This document shows, in pieces, positions 11,780 through 28,299 of a DNA stretch of 64,000 nucleotides. The position numbers and the translations under genes are program-made. The DNA lies in the NCBI RefSeq assembly GCF_009914755.1, contig NC_060940.1. One strand, 5' to 3'. Source of the DNA: the human T2T-CHM13v2.0 reference genome, Homo sapiens. The first letter of the stretch is position 1. The number at the start of each line of letters is the position of its first letter. Under the pieces are notes generated by a model, which made no database searches, had not been told where the DNA came from, and saw nothing but the letters and a program-made list of their open reading frames with translations.

Positions 11780-13625
11780 ACTTTGAAGTGGTTGGAAGTG
11801 GTGTCATGTCTCCAGGAATGGATGGGGAAGCTGTTCCTCAACATTAGCATTCTTTGTGTCCTTGGAGGACCTGTTCCCGCACTGGTGCCTTTTTGGTTTC
11901 CGGAGTTGCATGCTGCAATCATTGTAGATAGGCTTAGGAACAATCTTTTACTACATCCCAATACAGACATATTTTGTGGAAGGTCTCACTATCTCTTGCC
12001 AGGTTTGCTACCATCAATCAAGTAAAAACAAATATGAACAAAACTAATTTTACAAAAATGAATGTGAAGGTAACTATATATATAATACGCTTCATACTAT
12101 GGTTTCAGTACTCTCAGACAACAGAGGACACTAAGTTAAATTTATGGGTGGAGCCATAGATTTTCCAGGGAACTAACAAGTTGATGGAAAGTTTTTCATC
12201 ACTTGGTGACAACAGGGTCAAATTCACTACGGTAGTGCATTACTGAACCGAACTTCTTTGGAAGTGCTCTTTGTTCAGGAAACTTAAGCAACTTGATGGC
12301 TCACCTGGCATGTCAGTGGCAATGCCAAAACCGGTATTCTCAGTCTGCACAGAAGGCAGTGTGAAATGCAGAAAGTGTACTGGCCTCAGGGGGTCCCAAA
12401 GACCTGGGTTCAAATTCCAGCTTTACTGAGCTGTAAAGTCATTTAACGTCTCTGGGCTTCAGTTTACTTATCACTAAAATGAAGGGAGTTAAAGAAACGT
12501 CCCTTTAAATACTAACACCTGCTAATTTGCAAGTCTTCACTTGCTATGAACTTATAGAAACCTTATCTCACTTCCCTAAACATTTAAAGCCCTGACAATC
12601 AGAGTGTCTTAACTTCTGCTACTTCCTATTCTAAGCTATGGAATAAGAAACAAAGAAAAGAAAACAAGGTCAAGTAATGTTTCCATTGCTTCTAAAGCCA
12701 TGTTAAAACATTTGCTTCTTTTACAATACCTCTGTTTGGCTAGATTTTCTAGTTATAACAGCACACATTTATAATTAATAATAATCCCACCATTGAAACA
12801 AAGTTGATGCGGGTAAGTCTGCATAGATATTAATAGATTCAGATAGATATTATTTAGCATTTTCAACTGCAAAGCAGCAACATTACAGTCAATTACTGAC
12901 TATATTATATTTTGGTATGCCTCTATTGGCCTTTATGAGGAAAAAAAGAAAAATTCTTTATGGTTTTAGAAAGCTTACTAGAGTAAAATATGTAAATTAC
13001 TATAAAGCTGCCGTGTGAAGCACTAATATTATGACTGTGTGTATATTTAATAATAACACACCATCACACCTTTGGGGAAAAAGGTTACTTGCCAACTGCT
13101 GACTCCTAAAGTATCTCCTCTTCAGTAAGAGACATAATACTTTAAAAAACGCTGAATACGTGCATCAACTCTATTTCCTGAGTATGCCAATGGTTAATGT
13201 CACTTCTAAGGTGAGAAGAGTAACCTCATCAGGCATTGAAGAAGAAACCCCCTACACTACTATTTCTGGTACTCATTCTAGTAACCAAAGTTTCAATACA
13301 AATATCTTTTTTCTTTTTCTTTTTTTTATTTTGTTCAAATGTCTTTTTTGAAATGCTGTTCTGAATAGTAATATCTCCTTGAATCCTGTGATTATATTAA
13401 TTTCTCAAGACTCAGTTGAAAAGTGCAAAACTTCAGCAATTAACCATTTGTTTGTCTCTTCAGAGGCAAATGATACTTCCAGTTATTTGTTTGGTTTTGG
13501 ATTTGGTTTTGGTTTGGTTTTGTTGTTATCAATGTAGCCTTGAGTAATTGTATTTTTAATCTCTTCTGGAGGGATGAGTTTATAAAAGGTATCACCTTGC
13601 ATCAGTTCTTTCTCAATTTTAGACT
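11780..13625 (-). pseudogene. Possible decayed RRM plus CCHC-knuckle coding relic (ZCCHC3-like or Tx1/L1-clade ORF1-like)
   Basis: In one frame LEVSFASEETNKWLIAEVLHF ... EIVV*GVSSSMPDE; further downstream LYWDVVK/IVPKPIY, NSGNQ, GPPRTQR/C*C*GTAS/H. Confidence 0.35.
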
Positions 13626-14378
13626 ATAATAAAAAAGATAATTAAATCATTTCTCAGGTAAAATCAACTGCTTAAACAAACTTGATTTTACTATACGCAG
13701 GCACCCACAGGAAGAAAGAGGAAAAGAGAAGGGAGGGGAGAATTCTGGTTCAGAAAAACATTAATGGGTAAAATATTAGATATTGCTGAAACTTTTTTAT
13801 GCTCAACCTCCTTAATTGCTAGAGCACTGGTTCAAACTCTGGTTGTCAGAAAAAGCAAAGAAATCTCCTAACTTCATTTAATCAAGAATATATTCAGCGG
13901 AGGGCCAGAAACGGAAGGAACAAATGCCACTGTTAGGAACGTGATTGAGTACTTCCTGCTGAGGAGTGTCAATGCTGCTCCTTCTGGAACATTGTTTTAG
14001 GAATTATAAAGAAAAGACTCATCAACAGCCCATGTTAAATTTCCTTCCCCAAATAAATTCATATTTCAAACAGCTGCAGAAAGTTCAATCGGATGCTTAT
14101 TTAATGAAATGAAAAGCCAATGATCATGGCTGCTTGGAAAAGCTTCATGATTAATTGTGTTTAGGCAGTTATTAGCATTTTTCACTAATGAAAGGTTATG
14201 GATTCTGGTCATTAACAACCCACAATAAAGATTGAAAGCATATTCTTAGCAGCAGTTCATTTCATGTAAGGAAAAATGCTATAAGACAGTTTACCTCTGC
14301 AATCTTCAGAATATGACTTTATTCATTCACCAAAGGTAACATCAGAACCTCAGGAGGTAGAAACCAACTTTTCTATGA

Positions 14379-14671
<293 letters not shown>

Positions 14672-15639
14672 GAATGATTAAATTTTAATACACAAATATT
14701 TATTGTGGTTCAACCTATCTTTCCTTTAGCACAGCAGTATATATGTAAGTATGGGTGTCATTCCAAATGCTTACATAAAAGTAAAATTGATATCCAGGGA
14801 GGCTGGCAAAATGCAGCCGCATTTCAAAGGCAGCACATCAAGAGAGCACAAATGCACAAAGAGTTATATGGGAGATGAGACGATCTGCTATAGTGAAAGA
14901 ACACTGCCCAGGAGGTAAGAGGCTGAGTCTGGCTTCTAACTGGGCTTCTATTTGGGCTTCTGATTAGTTCTGTGACCTTGGGTGAGCCACTTAATTTCTT
15001 AGGGCTTTAGTTTCTCTATCTGTAAAATCTAAGGGTTAGATGAGGTTATCAGTGAAGTCGTCACTCAAGTTTTGATTCTATCGAGCTATAAGCACTCTAA
15101 ATCAGCTGAACTCAAAACTCAACAAATAGCGTTTTTTGAAATTATACCCCAACATATGTAGAGTTGTTTATTTATAAATTATACCCATATGCTAGATTGC
15201 TCATGTGTCAAATGTATTAAAAATACCCCCAAATGTTTAAAAGAATGAGATAAAGATGAAATAAACAATTATTTTAAAGATAATGTATTTACTATTTTTA
15301 CCAACAATTATTTTAACAAGAGTAAAAGGGTTGACTATGCTTCATTCTTTTTCAAACTCCTGATTTAAAATCTTGTGATACAGTGACCCAAATCTAATTC
15401 TAAGGCCACATTTATTCTGACACTTCGTTTCAGCAACTAACATAAGCAAAATCAACAAGGATGTAAGACATAAGATGTATGCAAAATCAACAAAAATATG
15501 GAGATCCAGAGAGAAAAAAAATGTATCACTGACCATATTTATTAGCAGGCATATGTTTCTTCAGTTTCATCCACTATCAGTACCAGTAACACAATGGTTT
15601 TGGCTGAAATTCAGCTAATAATTTTACCATAATGGGAAC

Positions 15640-18620
<2,981 letters not shown>

Positions 18621-18638
18621 CGATGTGTACAAGAATGG

Positions 18639-18956
18639 TTATTTTATTTTTTATTTTTTATTTTTTATTTTTGGAGATGGAGTCTTGCTCTGTTGCCCAG
18701 GCTGGAGTGCAGTAGTGCAATCTCTGCTCACTATAACCTCCGCCTCCCGGGTTCAAGCAATTCTCCTGCCTCAGCCTCCTGAGTGGCTGGGACCACAGGC
18801 ACATGCCGCCATGCCTGCCTAATTTTTTTGTATTTTAGTACAGACATGGTTTCACCATGTTGCCCAGGCTGGTCTCAAACTCCTGAGCTCAAGCAATGCT
18901 CCTGCTGTAGCCTCTTAAAATGTTGGAATTACAGGTGTGAGCCACCGCAGTCGGCT
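18639..18956 (-). mobile_element. Alu (AluS/J)
   Basis: Full dimer with TTTTA-type tail. Confidence 0.93.
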
Positions 18957-19179
18957 GAGAAAATATTTTTACAAATACTTTTAAATTGATCACTAACCTG
19001 ATAGGACAATAAGGACATCAATGTGAAGACAAGCATACCAAGAAATAGTCTAGTGCCAAGGCTAGCCTTTGCCCTAATGGCTTTTGTGAACCTTCGGATT
19101 TCTGCTTTAAAGATTGCATTATGTGCCGAGGACAGCAGATAAAGTTCAGGGCCTGCCCAGAGTTGGAATTTCAAATCCA

Positions 19180-20235
19180 AAAATCACAAAACACAAAAAG
19201 ACATAAGATACCCTGGTTGAAAACCAGCAGAAACAATAAACAGCAAACTAAATAAGTAGACTTAATTTGAATTATCAGATACAAAATATAAAAAAACCAC
19301 ATTTAATATATTTAAGAAATCAAAGGGAAACTTGAAAAATAAAAGAGGGGAGAGCAGTCAGATTTGATAAGAACTAAATAAAACTTCCAGAAATAAAAAC
19401 AATAATAATAATTAAAAAGTTAAAACTCAGCAGGTGAGACTTCACTGAAGAGGGGATTATTGAATGGAATAATGAATAAAAAGAAAGTATCCAGATCAGT
19501 CTACAGAGGAAAAGAAATGGAAAATATAGAGGTAAAAATGAATGAATAACAGTGCAATAATAGATTAAGTATTGGAATAATAGAGTATTCCATATTCCAG
19601 AACAAGACGGAAAACAGCAAATAATGCATATGGGGAAACAATGACACACGGCCTCTACATCACACATACACAAAAATTAAATAAAAGATGAGGCATTAAC
19701 CTAAAGACAGGAGCTAAAACTATAACCCTTCCAGAAGTAAACATGGGAGATTATATTCATGATCTTGCAGAAGGCAAAGATTTCCTAGCATGGAGGCAAA
19801 AAGTGTTAATCTTGTAAGAAAAGAAAACTGGTAACATGGATTTTGTCAAAATTCAAACTCGCTGCTTATTAAGAAATATTATCAAGGAAATGAAAAGGCA
19901 AGCTACAGACTTGGAGAAAATATTAATAATACATACATCTGACAAATGACTAGTATTTAGAATACTGAGTAATAAAAGGTACTTACAAATTAATAACAAA
20001 AGAATAAGCAAAGAAAGGTCTTGAACAGACACTTAAAAAGATAAATGAATGGCCAGTAAGCACCTGAGAAGGCAGGCAACATCATTAATCATTAGGGACA
20101 TGAAAATTAAAACCACTGATAGACATCGCTTTACACCACTAGTATGTCTAAAATTGACAAAACAGCACTACATGTTGGTGAGGATGTGAAGCAACTAGAA
20201 CTCTCATGCCTTGCTGGTGGGAATGTAAAATGACA
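19180..20235 (+). mobile_element. L1M fragments
   Basis: L1 ORF1/ORF2 3' motifs (aagctacagacttggagaaaatat; gttggtgaggatgtgaagcaactagaactctc). Confidence 0.7.
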
Positions 20236-21459
20236 CAACTATCTTGGAAAACTGATGCCCCAATGTGTTATGAGCTGTGCTTTCAGCCTTCTACCCTTTG
20301 GTTATATGGGTCAAACATTCCCCCTTTTCTTAAGCTAGTTTCTCTTGCTAGCAGCCAACGAGTGTGGCTAAAACTAATAGACAAAACAGATAGACCACAT
20401 CACTGGCTGGTCTGTGGCATTGTTCTGCTGAGCAATGTGGAGCTAGGGCCACTTAACCATGGGACCTAAGACAAGGGCTTGAGTCGTCCTCCTCAAATAC
20501 ACGTCCACAAAGCCAGCAACTCTGAACTACACTCTAGATGCCTTGTGCTGCTCCTTCTCTGGGTGTACCTTCAAGTTTCTATCTACACACAGATCACCCC
20601 AATCTACCAGTGTGACTTCCAGGGATGGGTTCTTTCCTGAGCCCTGCATTCCTCAAGTTTTCAAGCATCAATGACACCAGTTAGGTTGGATTTCCATCTG
20701 ACTCCACATCATTTCTGTGGGTTCTTCATCTTGTGGATCTTAGCTTACTCTTTCCCCGGCTGTGCGCCTCTGTTTTCTCCCTACAACGCCCTTCTGCAGA
20801 TAATCTGGGTCAATCAACATGAATGGGTGAAGCAGAAGTGAGAAGGAAATGAGAAAAAGCATAAAATAATAAATGGCAATGTAAAATATTAATTTGGAAG
20901 CCAACTTTGGAGACTGCATAATGTACATGCCATCTACATGACCATAAATTAAATATTTGCAACAATGTGTAATTTTCGTGATTATGGAGGGTGTGGCCTT
21001 CAAGAAAATACTAGTGGCAACAGATACAGTCCTATATTCCTGTAAGATGTTATGTAGGATATTTGCATGTTCTAAGGATTAAAGTAACTGGATCTTAATA
21101 GACTAGTGGGCACATATAAGAACATTCTGAATTGGGGTTTACATTTTTAAAATGTTAGACAAATATCACAATAAGTCAAATGGAAAACCCATGGGGCATT
21201 AAATTACCTGCAAATTTTAATATACAGACAACCTCAATCCACCAGTGTGGCTCCTGGGGATGGGCTCCTTCCTGAGTCCTGTATTCCTCAGGCTTTCAAG
21301 CACTGGGGACACCAGTTAGGGGGATTTCTGACTCCACATCATTTCTACTGGAGGCATTCATTTTTTTTTTTTTATCTTGTGGATCTTAGCTTACTCGAAT
21401 GCAGCCAAAATAACCATTTCCTATTCAGCTTTATCATATTTCCCATCTGACCTTTTTAA

Positions 21460-21733
21460 ATTTTTTAAAATTGATTTTATTATTATTTATTTATTTTTAA
21501 TTTCAGTGGTTTTTTGGAGGAACAGGTGGTGTTTAGTTACATGAATAAGTTCTTTCGTAGTGATTTCTGAGATTTTGGTGCACCCATCTCCTAAGCAGTG
21601 TACACTGTACTCAGTGTGTAGTCTTTTATCCCTCACCCTCCTCCTGCCCTCTCCCCCAAGTCCACAAAATCCATTGTATCATTCTTATGCCTTTGCATCC
21701 TCGTAGCTTGGTTCCCACTTATGAGTGAGAACA
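21460..21733 (-). mobile_element. 5'-truncated L1PB-type 3' end, same sense as HYDIN, 55 bp into intron 7
   Basis: Characteristic L1PB 3'UTR, A-rich tail, TSD catctgaccttt on both sides. Confidence 0.85.
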
Positions 21734-21787
21734 TTCTCATCTGACCTTTCTTAATATGTAGAACTTTTAACAAAGAATACTGCATAC

Positions 21788-21912
21788 CTGTGTCATAACA
21801 CACGATAAGTCTTCCACTGTGATCGCCCACACTCTGTGGCTCAAACTCCACTTCCAGTTGCATGGACTCTCCCACATTAAGAGTTCCAATAGCTGGTTCT
21901 ATAGAGAAAGGC
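21788..21912 (-). CDS. HYDIN: HYDIN exon 7: (R)PFSIEPAIGTLNVGESMQLEVEFEPQSVGDHSGRLIVCYDT(G)
   Basis: Acceptor tgtgttgcag|GCC, donor CAG|gtatgc; 125 nt, phase 2/1. Confidence 0.96.
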
Positions 21913-22429
21913 CTGCAACACACAGAGAGGCACATCATCAGAGCATATTTCTGACTAGTGTGAGACGGGGAGGAAAGGAGACAGGAGTTCTAGTTCTGCA
22001 GACAGCTCAGACCCAGCACTGCAATTTCATGATCTAGAAGTGAAGTAGACTTTTGCTACCTAATGTGAAAGAACTTTAGTTTTAATGTTAAAATGACAGC
22101 ATTAGATTAGCAAGCGTAAGGGCAACTTAAACAATGCAACAATATTCTTGTTTGTGTCCTTGCCATTCAGCCCTGCTTTTAACATTCATTGAGTATCCCT
22201 GCTGGGCTCAGGCACTCAAGTTAGGGTGACTGCAAATGAATAAAATCCAGCCTTTGTCCTCAAACACTGAGATTGCTGTAAGGAACAGACTTAAAATATG
22301 TATGCAAATATTGTCATTTTCAAAAGAACAGTGCCTTCAAAGGGATAAAAATCGAGTTTTGTGAGAGTTCACAGGAGAGAGGGCATCATAGTGGAAAAAT
22401 ATATCTGAGCCCCAAAAGGAAAGGGATAG

Positions 22430-22885
22430 CACCCTCACTCGCCTTAGGATAATTCAGGACAGATGAACAGAGGGTCTATATTAAAAGGGTGGGAGGGGTG
22501 TAGAGGAACTACAGGAGATGATGCAATAGCCCAGGTGGTAACAGTAGCGCTGCCACAAAAGAGCCATGGAGAGAAGGCATGGTTTTTAAAACCGCAAGGA
22601 GAGGCCTAAGAGAAGGCTGCCTTATGGGGAGCAAGGAGACGTAGCCAAGGGAGACAGCAGCCCAGGTGGTCTCCCAGGGAAGACAATGGGGAAAAAATAT
22701 CCTGACCTCACATCCCCTCCCATCTCATTGTCTACCAGACCCTCACTGGGTGAACACAACCAGAGCCAGAAATGCGAGTCGAGGGCTGTTGACCCAGGCT
22801 GTAGAAGCCAGCCTCCGGGGCTAGAGCAAACTGAAGAAGGGTGGAGAGTGCATTTGAAAAGGCAAACTGAGGACAAATTCTGTGT
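22430..22885 (-). mobile_element. ERVL solo LTR (LTR33-like)
   Basis: End motif gaagggtggagagtgcatttgaaaaggcaaactgag; family by recall. Confidence 0.6.
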
Positions 22886-23374
22886 CTTGAAAATATAATT
22901 TGGGATGCAGACATTGTGGGGAGTGAGGGTTGATTTGGAAACAGGAAATAGTTTAATTGTTTTGGAAGAGAATAGTAAGAGGGAAGCTGGATCTGATGGT
23001 GAAATACCTTAAGTAACTTAGAGAGTTCTTCCTAAATAGGAAACCCAGCCCATTTAATTATTTTCATGGTCCATTTCACTTCTTTAAATTGCTAGTTTTT
23101 CAAAGTAATGTGTTGTGTAATGCATCTGGCAGACCGAGCTGTTTCTGATTATTTACTTCGATCACAACAGTTCTTAGAGCTGTCATTCCTTAAATCTTCC
23201 CTTAGATGATGAACTCAGTTTCAGAAAATCTAAGCTTTCTGCTATAAGGATACAGAGTTTATGTCAGGGGTAGCACTGGGTGGCATCTGAGAGTATTACT
23301 ACAGGACCTCAGGTGCTCCCTACTGTGAGCAATTGGTTATTTTCTCTGGTACTTTCTACTTGATCTCCTCTCTT

Positions 23375-23773
23375 TTCTTTTTTTAAGTTTTAAAAAAAAA
23401 TTTACTTTTTGTGGGTACACAGTAGGTATATATATTTATGGGGTACGTGAGATGTTTTGATACAGGCATGCACTGTGAAGTAATCCCATCATGGAGAATG
23501 CATATCCATCCCCTCAAGCATTTGTCCTTTGTGTTACAAACAATCCAATTACACTCTTTTAGCTATTTTAAAATGTACAATTAAGTTATTGACTATAGTA
23601 ACCTTGTTGTGCTATCAAATAGTCTTATTCATTTTTTCTAACTATTTTTTAATACCCATTAACCTTCCCCAACTCCCCACCCAACCCCCACTACCCTTCC
23701 CACCTCCAGTAACCATTCTACTCTCTATGTCCGTGAGTTCAATTGTTTTGATTTTTAGATCCCATGAATAAGT
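23375..23773 (-). mobile_element. L1MA-type 3' end
   Basis: tttgtgggtacacagtaggtatatatatttatggggtac...; TSD gatctcctctc. Confidence 0.85.
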
Positions 23774-23879
23774 GGATCTCCTCTCCTTTCACTTCCTGAT
23801 TTTCCTGCTTCCTTTCCTTTTTCCTGTCCCCATACCTGTAGCACTGATCCACCAGTGAACCCCAGGCATTGCTGCAGAG

Positions 23880-24120
23880 GCACTCTGGGGCAGTGGTTAC
23901 TAGCCTGACCTCTGGAGCCAACCGAATGAGTTCAAAACCCAGCTCTGCCACAACCTTGGGCAAGTCACCTAACCTTCAGTTTCCTTATCTGTAAAAGGAG
24001 GGTAATGATAGCACCTACTTCATACGGTTATAGTGAGGATTAAAGGGGTTGATATAGGTCAAGTGCTTAGAATAATGCCTGGCACAAAGGAAATGCTATA
24101 CAAGTGTTTATTATTCTTTT
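23880..24120 (+). mobile_element. MIR
   Basis: accttgggcaagtcacctaaccttcagtttccttatctgtaaaa core. Confidence 0.8.
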
Positions 24121-26819
24121 TGTTATGGCTATTTTTATCTCCCTCACTGGCAGCCTCTAGATGCTGTGTGATGAATCTGTGGATGTGTTTGGGTGTTTCG
24201 ATGAGTTCAAGCTTTTATCATTCCCCCCTCACTCCTTCACACTGCTCTAGAGAGAGTGTAAAAAACACACACAGGTCATAACACATCAATCTCTTGTTCA
24301 AACACCTTCAGCGGTCCTCATCACCTGTGCAATCAAGTTCAAACTCCTAGGCATTTCAGGTCCCACACAATCTGCTCCCAGTAGGTTTTTGCATTTTCAT
24401 TACACACATACATCTGTCCAAATATCCTATACACCTGTCATGTTCCAAGGCAGTGCTGGGGTGGGATGGGAGGCAGGCTTTAGTCTCTTCACCCACAACC
24501 TCCCCCAGCACTGCACCTGCTTTCTCTTCCCACCAGATTGTGGCCCCCACATAGACAATCGGAACTGCTAGGATCACATCAGGTGACTTGCCATTTCCCA
24601 CATGCCATACTCCTTCTGAAGCCACCTCTCACAGCCCAGACTCAAAGTCACCTCTTAAATAGAATCTTTCCTGATTCTCCCTTTTGTGAATAGTATCTCT
24701 TTCCTCTCAGAGACTATAACTTCCCTTTTAGTTTATACAGTGGTTTACTTTGTACTTGAGTTGGTTTTCATGCCTGCCTCTCTCAATAGCTAGAAACTCT
24801 TGAGAAGAGAGGGAAGGGAAAACACAATCACGAGTCATCTTTGTGTCACTCATCACCCCATACATGGTTCTTTACTCAGGAGCCTCTCAGAAGAGGTTCT
24901 TAATTGAATTACAATAAACTCTTAAAGGTAAATAAAAATATTTGTAATCAACTATCAGTGTTTATGACATCGTGGTGGAATGAGAAGGAGCAAACCTTCA
25001 GTAGAATCTGTGCCTTGTGGGAAGTGACGGTGAGTCTCCCAGTCTCAAAGTTTCTTCCTTCCTTACGGCCTCAGTGAGAATCGGAAGAAGTGAGAACTGG
25101 GCCCAGTTTCCCGGCTTTAGGAACAACACCACCATATTTACTTCTATCCTTTGCCTCCCTACTTCCTAATATTTTTCTTCCTGCATTGTACTTTCATTTT
25201 ATTTTCAAATATTTCTTGGTAGCAAAAGAATAGTTTTAAAATGAATTGGATATTATTATATTGCAGTACCTAAACTATTAATAATTTTTACAGAAAAAGT
25301 GATACTAGTATCCCATCTGTACGACCTCCAGGAATCCAAGTTCCACGGAGTGGTAAGGGTTACTTTGCCTTTGTGCTAATCGTTGGGTTTAGGTTACACA
25401 AACTTCTTCAGTAGTTATAATCACCTGGGATTGCCATTGCTACTTACAGCTGCCTAACAGATGTTAATTGGGTAGAGTGTGTCAAGTTCTGGTGGTTACA
25501 CATTGTCTATAATTTGATTTTGTACTTCATTTTACTAAAATGCAGACAGGCTGAACGGGCTAGAAAATATCAAGTATCAGAAAATGCTCTTACAAAGAAG
25601 TAAAAGGTGTTGTTCTTCAAGGGTATAAGGATGGTTCAGTCTATCAAAATATTTGGTTTTGATATCATATCTTGATTAATATCAAATAATTATGGAGGGA
25701 GTTTGGTTTTGTGAAAAATCATGAGCCATGAGAAAGATTTGAGTTTTTGTTCCATCAATTATGAGCTCTTCTTAAGAACTAAAACCATCCAAATGATTCA
25801 ATATTTTAGCAGAAGACTAAATATGGATCCTACAATATTAAATATTGAATATAATATTAGTATTTATTCTTCAGATGATCTTTCTTGTTTAATTCCTTAC
25901 TTGAGTTTTTAGATTTTGAAATTGCTTCTTAATACTCTCTATTTCACCTTCCAATGTTAATCCTACTTTAATCATCAAAGTTATTCTGATACCTACTAGA
26001 GTTTTAGGTCAAATTTAACAATAATTGCTTATGTTCTCTGTACATTTTACAGCCCATTGCAGCCTCTTTTGTTAGTGTAAAATTATTATGCTTATTTTAT
26101 AGCAGTTGGAGAATGTGTTTTATTTTATTTTATTGTAGAGGTTTATAGTTGTAGTTTTGCCTTTGTGATATACTGTTGGTTAGGCATCTTATAAACATTT
26201 ATTGGGTGTTTATTTATTCTAGACAGATGCTGGGGACATACAAATGAAAAGAGTTAGATACAATCCTTCCATTTGAGAAGCTCACATTCGAATAAGGGTA
26301 ACAGACATGCAAAGAAAGTTTTAGTTTTTGTGATTTATAAGAACCTAAGCATTTTATAAACTTAACCACTAATAAAATCATTATTTCAACGAGAAAAGGA
26401 TGATCTGTTTTTTTAAACAATTTCCTGTGGGACATTATTTCTAGCTGTATATTGACACTAAAAGTGGGAGGACCATGGGCTTTTGACTCCAAATTCTCAG
26501 ACTATATCCACTGCTCTACCATGTCTATTAACAACCATATTAACTGAAGAACACTGTCTAGGAACAGAAACATCTGTGTGGTTTTTAGAACGGATCCTTG
26601 TCAGGGGATCTCCTTAGAGATTCTAACTCAATATGATGTGACCACAAATTCAACCACATTCTTTCTCATTGAAGCCATCAGCGTTCTCAGTTGCAAACAA
26701 CAGAAGCCAGCTGTGGCTAATTTAAACAGAAAAGGGACTGACTGGTAGGACTTGAGGCAACTCACAGAATCAATGATAGTTGAAAAACATGCATTTTGTG
26801 GAGAAAACATAAAGCCATT

Positions 26820-27312
26820 ATTTCATGAAGAGTCTAAACAGGAAAACAAAAATATTTGCAAACAGGGAATTTGAGAGACTTGGTTACACAGAAGATGGGA
26901 GAGGTGAGAACTCCAACTGAAGAAGGTGAGACAGCTCCGAGATTCATAACAGCGGTAAGCTTTTTCCACCCCTGGACTGGAAGCAAAAGGAGAGGAGGAA
27001 GTGTTATCAGATCCTGGGGACCAGGGTCACCTGGCAGAAGTTAGAACCGTGGCAGGCCAGCCTGACAGTGGCTAGAACCATGGAGGAGGTGCAGTGGTGG
27101 CTGGGGACTCTGCTGAAGACAAAGAGGGAAGAGGCTTCTTCCTTCTTCCTACTCTCCAGTCTCCTGCTAGTGTCCCTGACTGGTCAAACCTAGCTGGAAT
27201 CTGGCTGAGCCAGGAGGCTAGGAAGGCTCAGGAAGCCCCACAGGGACACTGAGCAGCGCAGGGGAATGGTGAGACATGTACCTGAGGGCAAACAAGCCCA
27301 GAGCTAGCCCAT
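26820..27312 (-). mobile_element. ERVL solo LTR (LTR41/LTR40-like)
   Basis: Resembles LTR41 consensus by recall. Confidence 0.6.
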
Positions 27313-27744
27313 GTTTGCACGAATCCAGGTTTTGATGTTAACTTACTGGGGGAGTTTGGGTAAGTCATTTAACTCCTCAGGCTTTACTCCCTTCACAGTA
27401 AAATGGCAATGCTGGGCCAGCATGTCTACTGTTGACAAATCCTGGCCAGTCCCTGAGTTGCCTCCCATTTTACCTTAGAATTGTTTCTATATTAGGAAAA
27501 CATAATTCATATTCATAGGTAGATAGATAGAAAGATTTTATATTTTTTTTTGCAACTTCACACTATTAAATCTGTGAAGTGATTTTTGCTTCACATTTAC
27601 ATGAATCTAAAATATACGAAATTGCCATTTTGGCATGGTTTTTTTCAAATTCAGCCAAACAGCGCAGGAAGATATGTTCCCGCACTTGCATATCCACCTT
27701 AGGTAGATTCTTTTTTTCATAGAAAAAAAAAAATACCATTGTAA

Positions 27745-28119
<375 letters not shown>

Positions 28120-28299
28120 AAGATGGGTTATTTCTAATTCATGGGAAGCCAGCTGAACAACCTGTTTCCTTCTCCTCCATCAAAATATGTGAGGTTTGCC
28201 ATGAGACGACAAACAAGGCCTGTAGAGAATTTATGACCAATGTCTGGAGACACTGAGTTCCAAAAGAACTTTTCCTTTGCCTTTAGTGGTTGATTTATT

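Noticed and set aside
11624-12025. 133-aa plus-strand ORF
   Set aside because: No ATG start and no recognisable domain; more likely the antisense shadow of the minus-strand relic
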